DNA of 64,000 bases. It comes from Raja brachyura (Eukaryota). The translations under genes and the position numbers were made by a program. The stretch's first letter is position 1. Every line of letters begins with the position of its first letter. The DNA lies in assembly GCA_963514005.1 (NCBI GenBank), contig OY740785.1:9796001-9860000 (forward strand). Reading direction: 5' to 3'. Of this stretch, positions 1 to 13,181 are shown in pieces. Below the pieces are notes generated by a model. That model was not told the origin of the DNA and did not search any database. It saw only the letters and a list, made by a program, of their open reading frames with translations.

Positions 1-8
1 CGATATAC

Positions 9-98
9 CTGTCTTGTTCTGGTGACTGTAAACTAGTATCGGGTCTCAAACAGTTGGTACTAGCACTCCTAGCCCTGTCAAGAGAGTGCTGTATTTCA
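9..98 (-). CDS. RIMS1: RIMS1 exon: (S)EIQHSLDRARSASTNCLRPDTSLQSPEQD(R)
   Basis: TAG/GTATA, 90 nt, phase 2-2; matches recalled SELQPFLDRARSASTNCLRPDTSLHSPERER. Confidence 0.95.
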
Positions 99-1299
99 CT
101 AATGCCAGTACATGGGATCCAATGGTGGAAGAGAAGTAGGACAGGGAAGGAAAACAAGGAAGGAATATAATGTTAGATCGTAAATCATAAAGGCAATGCA
201 CTCTTCAAAACATAATACAAAAACAGTTATGAATTCAATCATTAAAAAAAATGCTGGAAAGTTTGAAGGATGAATGTTAAAACAATTCGGTCAAAAACAG
301 AATCTTGGCACAGTTAAAGCAATCTTTGACAATCATTTGCTCATGTTGTTCCGAGGTGGTGTAACCCATTCATTAGCAAAAATCAATATAACAAGCAAGA
401 TTTGGAGTGAGTTTTGGAGATAATGTAGCAGCATGGTTAGATGGCTTACAATGAGCATGCTGATGATTTCTGCTTGTAACTCCACAAAATGCAGCAGGAT
501 TGCACACACATTTGAATGTTTGGTTTGGGTGTTTTTAAAACTTTCAAAGATATTGTAATACTAGTTCAACCCCCAAAGGTCACATTTCAAGAGCTGCCAT
601 TGGGCTGCAAAGTTTCCTCTGAGCTGGAACAACACTTGTCTGCGTAACGGAATAACAATTGCAACAGCTAACCTTGGAGGTTGCAAAAGGTAAAAACCCA
701 AATTGTGGGTTTTTGGGATAGATGTGTTAATTCAATAAATAACTGAACACTGCAAAATGCCAAGGATCAGGTGAAAGAATGATGGGGAAATCTTAATGTC
801 TTCTATAGACCAATATAAAAACATAATGGGTTTAATCATTCAGGGAGATCCTATTTTGTATGATTTGTCTGGACAGCATGCAAATCAAAGTTTTTCTCAG
901 TACTCGTATCATTAATAAACGATTATCAATGCCATTTATGTGCTTATTATAGCTACAATTTTATATTAAAACTGCTGTATACAGAAGCTCTCAGGCTGGA
1001 ATCTATTCATATTTTAGCATTATCTGCAAGATTGCAGTGAATGATTTTGTGTGAGCTGAGTAGGTAAAGATGAATCAGCAGAAGACTGGCATGTAATCAG
1101 TGGAGCCAGACCGGAAGATGTGGGATCAGCCCCACACTACACAAAACACACACAAATCAAGGAGATCAGTGAGGCAACGACTCAGTGTATCAACGGTAAC
1201 CTGACATATGGCCAACAGCATCATCCCAGGCATGGGCAGAGTACTCTAAATTCTCATAGAAAGGGAAAATATTCTGGTTCCAATTAATCTTCTATGAAC

Positions 1300-2232
1300 A
1301 ACCTTTTTATACTTCCTCCCTCGACTCTGTCTAGGGACCCCAACAGTCCTTTCAGGTTAGGTAGAGGTTCACTTGCACCTCCTCCAACCTTATCTACTGT
1401 ATCCATTGTTCAAGATGTGAACTCATATACATCGGTGAGACCAAACATAGACTGGGTGATCGTTTCGCTGAACACCTTCACCCAGTCCGTCTGAACCTAC
1501 CTGATCTCCCCGTTGCCGGACACTTTAATTCTCCTTCCCATTCCCACACAGGCCTTTCTGTCCTAGGTCCCCTCCATTGTCACAGTGAGGCTAAATGCAA
1601 ATTGGAGGAACAGCATCTCATATTTCGCTTGGGCAGCTTACAGCCCAGTGGTATGAATATTGATTTCTCTAACTTCAAGTAACCCCGGCATTCCCTCTCC
1701 CTCTATCTCTCGCCCACCCAGGTCATACCAGTTTCTCATTTTCACCCAACAAACAGCTAACAAGGGCTTGTTTCCTTTATCATCGTAACTAATTTGCTTC
1801 TAGACAATAGACAATAAGTGCATGAATAGGCCAATTCGGCCCTTCGAACCAGCACCGCCATTCACAGTGATCATGGCTGATCATCCACAATCAGTACCCC
1901 ATTCCTGCCTTCTCCCCATATCCCCTGACTCCGCTATCTTTAAGAGTCCTATCTAACTCAATCTAACTTATCTTACATTCATAGGTAAATAAAAATGCTG
2001 GCGAAACTCAGCGAGTGAGGCAGCATCAATGGAACGAAGGAACGGGTGATGTTTCGGGTCGAGACCCTTCTTCAGACTGTGTTCTTTATCCTTCTACATC
2101 ATCTATATCTCTCGTTTCCCTTTCCCATGACTTTCAGTCTGAAGAAGGGTTTCGACCAGAAACGTCACCCAATCCTTTTCTCCAGAGATGCTGCCTGTCC
2201 CACTGAGTTACCAGCTTTTTGTGTCTATCTTC
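1300..2232 (+). mobile_element. Penelope-like element 3' part: GIY-YIG endonuclease remnant (to 1682) and 3' repeat; contains nested CR1 tail (1801-1965) and inverted repeat copy (1990-2078)
   Basis: Reads NLIYCIHCSRCELIYIGETKHRLGDRFAEH...HFN...LEEQHLIFRLGSLQPSGMNIDF. Confidence 0.88.
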
Positions 2233-2389
2233 AATAAAATGTTGTTCTGATACTTGCAACTCACCAATGACAATAAACTCTCCAGCTCTCATTGGGGTGC
2301 CTCTCAAACCATTTCCATCCATTGGTGACAATATCCTGTGCATTACCGGATATTCACAGCTGGACAACCCACCAAATTATAACTAATTT

Positions 2390-2900
2390 ACCCCCTCCGT
2401 CTCCCTCACTGATGCTGCCCTCCCTCATATTCCTCCCTTTACTCACTCTGACTACCAATACCAAGTTGCACTACTCCCTTCCTCACTGACCACCCCGACC
2501 TCCTATCGATACTGCTCTCTCCTTCACCCACAATCCTCCCTCACAATGCCATCTTCCACACTCTGTGCTTCCTTCCTCACTTTTCTGGGCACTCACTCAT
2601 TCACACTCTTCCCTCCGTTACTTAGTCACACTGAGATTCCCAGTGTCTTCCTTCCCTCTGTCCCCCGCACTCTTCCCACCATGCCACCTCCTGCATTCAA
2701 TGCATCCTTCCCCACTGATATACTGATATTGGTAGCCCTCACTCCCATTGCCCCTTCCCCACACACATAGTTACCACCTCACTTACACTGTTCCTTCCCT
2801 CCTGCCACACTCACAGACCCTGCACTCATTCAGCCTCTCCATCGCTAATTCCCTCTCTTGTTCCGTTCGTGACTTACTTCCTACCCTCTCTTCTTCATTG
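2390..2900. repeat. Pyrimidine-rich (C/T) low-complexity tract
   Basis: Strong strand bias, no clear unit. Confidence 0.7.
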
Positions 2901-5900
2901 AAGTGTGGTTCACTCTCCAAATCTTTGATATAGTTTGTGAAGGTGAATCCTCAGCACCAACTTCTGCAGCTCACAACTCCAAAATGACGTTTATTCCTAA
3001 TCTCTATTTTCTGTTATTAACAAATCCTTAATAATCCTTAAACCTATCTCAATAACAGAGAATAACATGAAAACAGGCAGCATAGAAAGGCAATTTGCAG
3101 TGGCAAATTAACCTATCCATCTGCACATCTTTGGAATGATCAAGGACACTAAATCCACTGGTTACGGAAGAATGTGCAAACTGCTCCCATACATCATCAC
3201 AGATCAGGATTGAACTTGGGTCACCAGAGTTGTGGGCAGTAAACTCTGTGACACCCACTCTGTGAGGCAGAATGTTATCAAATGCTGTCTGAATGTCCAA
3301 ATACATCATGTGAGTGCGCTTCACCTGAACTGAACGCAATACTCCAAGCGTAATCTCACCAACAATTTGTACAGCTGCATCATACTGTTCAAACATTTGC
3401 ACTCAACACCCTTCCTAGTGACGGTAAATGTTCCAAATTACTTCTTCACTGTCACCATGGCTCGCCACTTTTATGGAAGCATGCACCTATACTCTCAGAT
3501 CTCTCTTTTCCACAACTCTCTCCAGGGATCTACCATTTTATGTGCAAGCCTGACCTGTTTTGACATATCAAAATACAAAACATTACACTTGTCTGATTTA
3601 AATTCTATTTACCATTCCTTAGTCCACCTTCCCAGCTTATTTAGATCCTGTTGTAAACTTAGATCTCCTTCCTCAATTTAACTATACTACCAATGTCGAT
3701 ATTGAAAACAAGAGGACAATGGCTTAGGGTTAGGGATAAGAGGTTTTGAGGGAATTTGAGAAAGATTTTTCACCCGGTTTGATTTGAATCTGGAATACTG
3801 GATGAGAATGCAAGTAAAATGAGTAGTTTCACAATATATAAAAAGTATAGACCTAGGGCTAGTAATGGGCATTAGTGTCGATGGGGAATTGATGGCCGAC
3901 ATAGGCAATATGGAATAAAAGGCCAGTTTCGCTTCAAATTAGAGTCATACAGCATGAAAACAGGCTCTTCGGCTCAAACTGTCCATGCCAACTAAGGCAC
4001 CTGCCTGTATTAGTCCCATGTGCCTGCATTTGGACCTTATGCCTCTAAATCTTTCCTATCCATGAACATGTCCAAATGTCTTTCAAACATTATAATTGTA
4101 CCTGGCTCTACCACTTTCGCTGACAACTCGTTCTATATACCCAGCACCTTATGTGTGAACTTGCCCTTTAAATATTTTTCCTCTCACCTTAAGCTTTTGC
4201 CCTCTAGTTTAAACTCTGCCCAGTGAAAAAGACTGTGACCGTCACCTTCTCTCTGCCCCACATCATATTATAAATCTCCATAATGTCACCCTTCAGCCTG
4301 CTTCACTTGTGAATCTTATCAGCACTCACTCTAGCTTAATCCACACTTCCCATGGTGTAGCAACCAGAACTGCACACAATGTTACAACTGATGCAACATG
4401 ATGTCCCAATTCTCATACTCAATTATATTTCACAAAGAGTGGTGGGAACAGAGTCTTTGAATATTTTAAGGCAGAGCTGGATCAATATTGAAGTGATAAT
4501 TTATAAGTGAGGGAGTAGAAGATAAGGAGCACAGATGCAAAAGCAGAGTTTAAGTTACAATCAGATAGCCATCATCGTGTTAAATGGTGAGGCCAGCTTA
4601 CGGAGCAGAGTGGCGTCCTACTGCTCATTGTATGTTCACATGTCCATAGTCCTCCAAACAAGGTATATAAAACTTGTGGAAGAATCAAACTGTTGCTGAA
4701 TTGATCTAAACTGAGTCTTCTGGAATAACACATATGTGTAGTCCCCCTGCCATTGACCTGTCAAACTTGACTCCTTCGCCTCTTGCCTGATTGCAATCTA
4801 GAAACATCAGGTGTCCATTACTTGCAACATTTTAACCCTTGCATCCTCTGCCCATCCAGTGTTAAATAGTATTAAGCTAGGCTTTGTGGACTTGCTGATA
4901 TAGATAGAGCCAATGTACAGAACACACCAAAAACTAGGGCAGGGGTGCAAAAATAGCGTAAAGGATTTACAGACAGTTATTCATAAATCCACCATGCTGG
5001 CAAATTTGTCTTATGGTTAAGTTATGATTCAATTATAATATTTTCAACTTCAGTTTTAAATCCCTTCATGTCTCACAACACCGTACGTCTGCAATCTACT
5101 TCAACAGTACTGGCCTCCCATCCGCATTCCTCCATTACTGGCTTGCACTATCGCCACGTGTGCCTTAAACTGCCATGCTCCCATCCTCTTAACCCCGTTT
5201 TTATCCTTTACGGTGCTACTTAAAACTGCCTCATTGCCACATCTATTGGTCATCTCCCCTACCATATTTATTTGGGTTAGGAAAAATGTTATTTGCTGAC
5301 ATAACTGAGAAGCATATTTGGATGCTTCATTAGCAGTTCCTCATGAACACAATCTGCTGTTGACTTAATCTCAAGGGACTGGAATAAAAAGTGTGATTAA
5401 TTATGCCTCAGTTGCATAAAGTTATGTTGCGACTATATCTGTTGTTCAGGGCCGTTCACACTATAGGAAGAATATACTTCTCTGGATAGAGAAGGTGCGG
5501 TACGGGATCACCAAGAAGATGCTAGGTATAAAGTTAAATTATGAGGAAAGATATCATGGATAAAAATTGCGTTCACTCTGGCACATGTTAAGGAGGATTC
5601 TAATTAACGCATTTCAGTTGGTTTAAGATTTTAGAGGATAGGTGGAAAGAAACCAGTTCCTCTGATGGGACAAGGAAACACAATCTTTAAACTCAAGCTA
5701 GACACTCCTTCACACAAGTCATGTCTGCAACAACTCTTCTATAAATTCTTCTTGGTTAACCTAATCAAAATCTTAAATTGTTAGGCAAGGAAATTAATGA
5801 TTACGGAACCAAGCTGTTGGACAGAATCTAGATTGACATCAGGCCTACACTTGTACAGAATGGTACAAAAGGTCAGAGCATTCCTGCTTCCATGTGACTG

Positions 5901-6133
5901 CGTATCCTTTTGAGTTGTATAGTTTTGTACATACAGCAGGGGGCAGTTAAAGGGCAGTTTTTTAAGTTATGTCATTTTTTTTGGAAATGCATTAGAAGAT
6001 GGCACAAAGTCCATTAAAGCTAGATCCCATTGTTAAATATGGCCACAGGAGGGTGAGTAAATGTTATTCCTTGTTCGTCAGATAAGTAGCAGGAGAACAC
6101 CTGCAACATCCAGACACTTTCAACTCTTCTTAC

Positions 6134-6229
6134 CTAACCAAGATGTCTGTAAATGACAATATCCGTGATTCTCGACTCTGAGATCTGTCCAGTCTAAGGC
6201 TGGATTTAAAGCAGGAAGGCAAAGTGTAG
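6134..6229 (-). CDS. RIMS1: Probable RIMS1 cassette exon: (S)YTLPSCFKSSLRLDRSQSRESRILSFTDILV(S)
   Basis: T-rich tract plus AAG acceptor, TAG|GTAAGA donor, 96 nt, phase 2-2; ends resemble recalled human SSILPA...VLRFTDEILVS. Confidence 0.8.
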
Positions 6230-7009
6230 CTTCAGAAGCAGTTTGAAAATTAAATGTTAAAAGAAAAATATTAATTCATGCAAACATATAGAATAATCCA
6301 CTAAATTGGAAACAAAATTTCACATACATTAAAATAATTAGATAGCAAATAAGGTATATTATGATAAGCAAGAAAAACAACAGAGGATGTTAAATACATT
6401 CCAATAAACAATAAATCCAAATAATGCTAACTCTGTCCAATCTCTTGAAATACAAGTTCCCAGGAGAGAAAAAAACGAATTGTCTGTATTTTAACTAAAA
6501 TTGCATTTTTATCTTAATTTTAAAAAAAACTTTTGGGTATCATTCCCAAAAATCAATAGCTTATAGTTGTATTCATTTTTAAAGAATTGACTCAAGGATT
6601 TGACCTAATTCCCATGAAATCTAATTGAACAGATGAGAGTCATTGATCAAATGTGAAAATAGCAACAAAACAATTAACTAGAGCAGAAAATAAAGATTAA
6701 GTTACACTTAAACTAACATGGCATATTTCAAAAGAAAATAAATGTGAAGGAGGAAAGAGTTCGACAGCAGGAAAAAGATGGATTAAATGAATGGAGTTCA
6801 ATGTAAAATCTGCGAGTGCATCTGAACCATCTCGTGAGCAGTAATCACCAAAACAAGCTACCTTGTACATTCTACATTTCTTCATACCAACATTGTGGCA
6901 ATGCTTTCAAACATTGGGGTATATGGGAGGGAAACAAAAAGGGATGGGTACATGGTCAGGTAGATAGAGGTTTAAACCAATCCCCAACCATGAGTTGCTG
7001 GCTCAGATC

Positions 7010-7272
7010 CATGTTAGTCTTATGGTGTACCAACTGGTCATGTTAGTTCCATGGTAGAGAAGGCAGTCATTCTAGTTCCTCAGCTTACAAATGGTCATAC
7101 AAATATTATGGCATAGTTGCGAGTCATTCAATACGAGCAGGACACGCCAGTCCCATGGTATACCATGTGGTACTGCTTACCCAATGGTATATCAGTTGAT
7201 CATGCCCAATGGTGCAGTCTAGTCCCATGATAGAACAGTTGGTCACACTAATCTCATGGTATAGCAGCTGGC
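7010..7272. repeat. Degenerate 29-bp minisatellite (approximately CATGTTAGTCCCATGGTATACCAGCTGGT)
   Basis: At least six recognisable 29-bp units. Confidence 0.75.
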
Positions 7273-7894
7273 AATCGGTAGAACCGCTGTCCCATGCACA
7301 ACAATTTCAGAAGAATGTATTGTCATGAAAATTCGGGAGAGCCAGCAACCAGGAGATTCACGATTCTCTGAAATCTATGCATCTATGTTGTAAACCCACT
7401 GATTTTACTTATTAAGAAAAGGGGATACAAAAAGCATTCTACCATCATTATCTGTTCATTTAAACTTTCAAACTTTCATTCCCTTTAAACATTTTGTTTA
7501 TAATGTCAGTCTCTCTGCATTATTCAATCTTATATGTGCACAATCACACCTCTAACAACTTTAAATTCCAGATGAAGAAGAGTCCTGATGCAAAATGTCA
7601 CCTATCCATTTTCTCTAGAGATGCTGCCTGACCCACTGAGTTACTCCAGCACATTGTGTCTATCTTTGCTATAAACCAATATCTGCAGTTCCTTTTTATT
7701 ACATTTAAATTTTAGCTGCCAGGTTCCTGTCTATTTCACCAGTCTGTTGGCTCTGTAACTTGCGATAAATACCTTTAACAATTAGTATACTTTTAAGTTC
7801 AAAGTGATCTCAATTTTGAAAATGTTTCCTGTCCAAGTGCAGGCTGACAATATTTACGAAAATGATTTGTAGTCCTAGTACCAAAAACTGGATA

Positions 7895-10640
7895 CACTGT
7901 GATTGTCTCTCTCTCTCGAAGTCAAAGGGAAGGAATCGAACAGTAGTTGTCAAGAGATCTTTTTCTGATTCGGAGCCTGTGACAAGTGGAGTGCCGCAGG
8001 GGTCGGTGTTGTGACCACTATTGTTTGTTATCTACATTAATGATTTGATGACAATATTATTAACAATATTACTACATTTGAAGATAACGCCAAAATTGGT
8101 GATACAATGAACTATGAGGAAGGATATTTACATTTACTACAGGATTGTGCACTGAAGCTATATAGGTGTAGCTGAGCAATAAAAAGTGGATGATCACCTT
8201 GGTGGCAGAGTACTGCAGGCTCCCAAATAGTCAACGGGAATTAGAAGAGCAAATATCCCAGGAGATTGCAGGCAGTTACAAGACTAATAAGGGAAATTTC
8301 ATTTTATTTCCCCAATATAGACTAGAACAGTCATAGTGCAGAAGGTGTAGATGAGATGGAATATGTCGAATGTGTTTAGGAAAGTATCATCAGGCAATAT
8401 GTAGAGTGCCCTCCACCGGAGAAGGCAATGCTTGTTCTACTCTTGGGAAATTGGAATGTGCATGGAAATTGGGACTGATGCTTTAATGGGTGCAGTGACC
8501 CAAAAATGCTCAGAAGCAATGACCAACACACAGTTCTATTAGCTTTATACTAGTTATGGTTAAAGACAGGACGGGTCCGTATATAAAAATTCTGAAGACC
8601 AACTTTGATGGTATTAGATGAGAACTCGCCCAACCTGATTGAAGTAGGTGTTTGCGGGCAAAGGAATGTCTGGAAAATGGGATGCATTTAAAAGTGGGTT
8701 GACCAAAGTTCAGGGCATGCATGTTCCTGTTTGAGTGCAGTGCGAGGCATGTGGGTGTGATAAGCTCGGATGATGAGAGGAATGGAGGCTCAGGACTTGG
8801 GACAGGTATAGCTGGGTTCCAGTGTTTCCACCAAGGAGTTTCAGGAACTGAGGATCATACTTAGGAAGGAAATTAGGAGGGCAAAAAGGGGGCAAGGGAT
8901 AGCCCTGGTAGATAATATTAAGGAAAATCCAGAGATGTTTGTACAATATGGGGAAAAGGGTAACCAAAGAGAGAGTAGGGCCACTCAGAAACAAAAACGG
9001 TCACCCTTGTGTGGAGCAGCAGGCAACGGTCAAGGTCCTCAACGAGTATTTCACTTCTGTTTTTACCGTGGAGAACTACATTAAGACTGGGGATCTTGGA
9101 ACAGTCAATGAAAGTGCCTCGAGGACAGTCAGTACTATGTTCGAGGAAGTGTTGAATGTCCTAAGGCTTATGAAGGTAGACAAATCTTCCCGACCTGATC
9201 AGATATATCTGAAGACACTGTGGGAAGCCAAAGAAATTGCCGGGGTACAGGCTGAGATTTATGAATCAACATTAAATACTGTCCCTCTTGCCCCAACTGC
9301 AACTCCCACCTACTTCTCCTCTCCCCCCCCCATCCACACCCCCTCTAGGTTCATCCCTCTGGCTTCTCAATCCGCAACTCTTCATACCTGTCTCACACCT
9401 TCTGCTCTTATCTTTGGCCTTTGTTCCAACCATCTGGCTATCAAAAAAAACCCTTGCCTGTCCACCTATCATCTGCCATGATTTGTCCTGCCCCTCCCTT
9501 TGTCCAGCTTTCTTCACCCCTAACCCCCCCCCCCCCCCCCCCCCCCCACCACTACAATCAATTTGAAAAATGGTCTGGACCCAAAACATCACCTATCCAT
9601 GCTCTCCAGAGATGCAGCCTGACCTGCTGAGTTACTCAAGCAGTTTGAATCATTTTGGGGTATTAACCAGCATCTGCAGTTTTTTGTTTCTACATCATTA
9701 AATACAGGTGAGGTGCCGGAAAAGTGGAGGGTGGTTATCGTTATGCCTCTATTTAAATATGAAAACTATAGATCAGTGAGCCTAACATCTGTGGTAGGCA
9801 AGTTACTGGAGAGTGTTCTGAGGGATAAAATAAATATGCATTTAGATAGACAGGTGCTGATTAAGGAAAGAGGGAGCATGATTTTGTACGTGGGAGAGCT
9901 TGGCTCATGAAACTGATTGAGTTTTTTGAAGATTTAACCAAAAAGGTTGATGAGGGCAGAGCTGTTGACATTGGCGATAGGGATTTTGGCAGGTATTTGA
10001 TAAGGTTCTGCATGGTCAGCTGTTCTGGAAGGTTAGATCCAGTGGGATCCAGGGAGACCTAGTCGACTGGATAGAAAATTAGTTTCATGGAAGGAAGCAG
10101 AGGGCGATGGTGGAAGATTGTTTTTTGGACTGGAGACCTGTGACGAGTGGTGTGTCTCAGGGATCGGTGCTGGGCCCGTTACTTTGTGGTTTATATCAAT
10201 GATTTGGATGAGAATGTACAAGGCAGGATTTGTAAGTTTGCAGATGGTACTCAAGAGAGTGATATTGTAGATAGCGAAGATGACTATCAAGGATTACAGC
10301 AGGATTATTTGGACAAGTGGGCTGAGGAATGGTTAATGGAGTTTAATACAGATGCATAAGGTGGTGCATTTTGGGAAGTCAAACCAAGGATAGACCTGGA
10401 AAGGCTCTGGGGAACATTGTGGAACAGAGGGATCTAGGAGTACAGGTAGATAGTTGCTTTAAAGTGGCAGCAGAGGTAGATAGGGTTATCAAGAAGGCTT
10501 TCAGCGCATTATTATGTTACAGCTGAACAAGACATTGGTGAGGCCACATTTGGAGCATTATGTTCAGTTTTGGTCATCTTCCTATAGAAAATATATTCTT
10601 AAACTGGAAAGAATGCAGAGCAAACTTATGAGTATCTGCC
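7895..10640 (+). mobile_element. Decayed CR1 LINE ORF2 fragments
   Basis: LNEYFTSVFT, NYRSVSLTSVVGKLLE, YINDLD...KFAD, LVRPHLEHYVQFWS. Confidence 0.9.
9280..9695 (+). mobile_element. Penelope-derived 3' repeat inserted in CR1 with 10-bp TSD CATTAAATAC
   Basis: TSD at 9270-9279 and 9696-9705; CR1 continues on both sides. Confidence 0.85.
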
Positions 10641-11272
10641 CTGATCTTCCCCAATACCCTATTTTCTCCACCAGCCCACTGACACTTTGTTTCCTTTCCC
10701 CCGTCTCACACAAATACACCCATTATGTCCCCTTGCCCCACCACATCCCCGCTCCCGCCCCCATGCCAACCCCCATTGCTCAACGCTCTCCTCATAGAAC
10801 AGAACAGTACAAGGACAGGCCCTTCAGCCTACAATGTCTGTGCTCCTTTGGTTTGTAATTCCTATATTTACTTATACCCCTGAAATACCTTGGGATGGTG
10901 TGAAATGTGATACTGCTTTATGTTAAAGGTATACTGTATATCCCTCATATGTGCTTCCAATTTTTTTTAAAAAGGTGAACTAACAGGTTAATGAAGCTAT
11001 CAATTTCGAGCAATTCTGGTGAATTTTTACTTATTTAACATCAATCCTTCCTGCCAGACATCCTCGCATTAAGCTCACCCAAATAAAGCCTCTCCAAAAG
11101 AAGTGAGGTTGGATTTGCAGTCAATGGCACGGCATTCAAAAGGTAAACAATGAACATTTAAAACAAAATCAAAATGAACAAGCCGTTGGAGTTTATTAAA
11201 ATGGCCTTAAATAAATATTTGCTGAACTAATTACCTACCTAGAAGTTTTTTTTCAAATGAACAAACTCTTAC

Positions 11273-11341
11273 CTGAGACTTTTGCAACCATTCCCCTCCA
11301 GTAAAACAGCAGCACCATTCCCCTTGGCCCTGGCACAGAAT
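11273..11341 (-). CDS. RIMS1: Candidate RIMS1 cassette exon: (R)FCARAKGNGAAVLLEGNGCKSL(S); 69 nt, or 57 nt from a second in-frame acceptor at 11329
   Basis: Strong CAG|GTAAGA donor, two in-frame AG acceptors, open phase 2-2 frame, position matches a mammalian alternative exon; peptide similarity weak. Confidence 0.55.
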
Positions 11342-13116
11342 CTATTTACTGAGATTGCATCATAAGCTTTTGACAAATCAGCCCAACTCTTACTTCCTCA
11401 CCAGACTCCAGCAAGGGGCACAGCCTGCCCTCCCGCAGCAACTCACAAACAGGAGCTTCCACGTTTCCACTTGTATTAAAATTCCAGAGTTGCCCTCAGC
11501 TCCATTGGATAATAACAGCAAACACCATCATTCAGGTCATTACTTGGCAAATCCAGGTCACTGGGAATATTTACTGGAAATGTCTAAATGTGATAATGGC
11601 CTACTTCCTCAAATGATAACAGTTTAAGTGGCTGGCTTTTTAGAAGATCTCATTAAGATGCCTTGGGCCTCAAATTCTGTGAAAGATTCTTAATCTAAAC
11701 CTAAACAAGTCCTAAACCTAAACAAGTCATTCACACAACTCAGACACTGAATAACGATGTTGTATCTAAGGTTCTTGTGTGTGTATGTGTGGTCAGGGGA
11801 ATGGAGAGGTTGAATGCTGTCAAATTTAATTTGAAATTAGACTGAAGATCACGTGATACCCCATCCCTATCAGTATCTTAACACCTTAGTCATCTCCTGG
11901 TTCAACAACTACATTGTTTGAATGAAAGTCGGAAGTCGTGTTTCCTTGCTCATAGCTAACCGATAAAAAAATCCCTCTGGGACAAATAACGAAATCCCAC
12001 CAAGCAAGGCGATGACCTTGCTCCTGGAAGGTCATGTTTTTGACTTGGTGGATTGGTCAGGTAGTTCCTCGATGCTCAGGAAATATCTTCAAAGTTTTCA
12101 AAAGTTTCAAAGGTCTTTTATTATCACGTGTACCAATTAAGGTACAGTGATATTCATATTACCATACAGCCATACTAAAAAAAAGCAACAGGACATACAA
12201 CTACATACTGCAAAAGTTGCACATTCCTCGCTGTGATGGAAGGCAATAAAGTCTAATCTTCTTCCCTCATTTTATGATCTTATTCAAGTCACCAATATAT
12301 TTCATAGATTGCTGGTTTCAGAGAGGTTGGTTATACTTCAGTCTAACCTGTTCAAATCCAAATGTGAGAACAAAATATCCAATGTCCGAGCTGGAGCAGT
12401 TCAAAGTGATGTTATAACAATACTGCTCCAGGGCAAAGGCCATAAATCTTATGACATATTAAAAACAGTCATTTCTTCAATGAAAGTTGATCAAATGCTT
12501 GGGTGTGCTTTCAAGTGAAAATGGCTCAGAGAAAAATGTTTATACTTTCATTAAATATACATTAAGACCAGCAGCTCTTGTTGATAGCAGTATTTTGGAA
12601 AAATACAGCTGTTTGAATTAATAAAGATTTTACCAACAATAAATAATAGAGATCACATGTCATTGTATGTTTATATTGCTGCATGTTAATTTGTAAAGTC
12701 AATATCTATGGAGAGGATGTGCATTCAATTTGATGGAATATTTGGGCAAGTGGTGTGCCCAAATGCATTATGTAAAAAACTAACATCCAATGTAGATGGA
12801 TCCTCTGTATCAATGATTATTTTACTGAATTTATTTCTGAGTGGCATTGTCAAAAATCTGCTGAGCACACAATCAAATACAAACAATGAAAATGATAAAC
12901 TCTTAATATTATTCACCACTGGGATGAAAGGCGGCATTCTAGAAACAGAAAGTGTAGCTGTGTTAAAGCACAACAAGATGTCTGACAATGAACTCATATA
13001 TTTACAACTGAAAATCATGTTTACGACAGCAACACTAAACCAAAGTAGAAAAAAAGTCATTCACAGATTACCTTCTTTTACAGAATGAGAAAGCAGTGTT
13101 GGGCTGCTATATTTAC

Positions 13117-13179
13117 CTGGCAGTATGCAGGCATTCTGCACTCCTTCCTCGTTTTGCTCTGGGCAGCGTAAGGAGCTCA
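13117..13179 (-). CDS. RIMS1: RIMS1 exon (probably alternative): ELLTLPRAKRGRSAECLHTA
   Basis: CAG/GTAAA, 63 nt, phase 2-2; matches recalled ELLMLPRAKRGRSAECLHTT. Confidence 0.93.
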
Positions 13180-13181
13180 CT

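Noticed and set aside
6862-6903. 42-nt AG/GT-bounded segment as another cassette exon
   Set aside because: TGA in the required phase-2 frame and weak donor (GTAGCT)
7010-7272. CRISPR-like periodicity (also 17197-17370 and 51168-51470)
   Set aside because: Head-to-tail tandem units without unique spacers, no cas genes, vertebrate context
9272-9630. Poly-Gly and poly-Pro ORFs
   Set aside because: Caused by a poly-C run inside a Penelope-derived repeat
12963-12983. CAG|A CAT CTT GTT reads RHLV like a recalled human RIMS1 alternative exon
   Set aside because: In-frame TAA after six codons and only four matching residues; likely coincidence, though a poison exon is not excluded
12708-13088. Overlapping 126-aa (+) and 111-aa (-) ORFs
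   Set aside because: No recognisable domain, no fitting splice structure, intronic; consistent with chance
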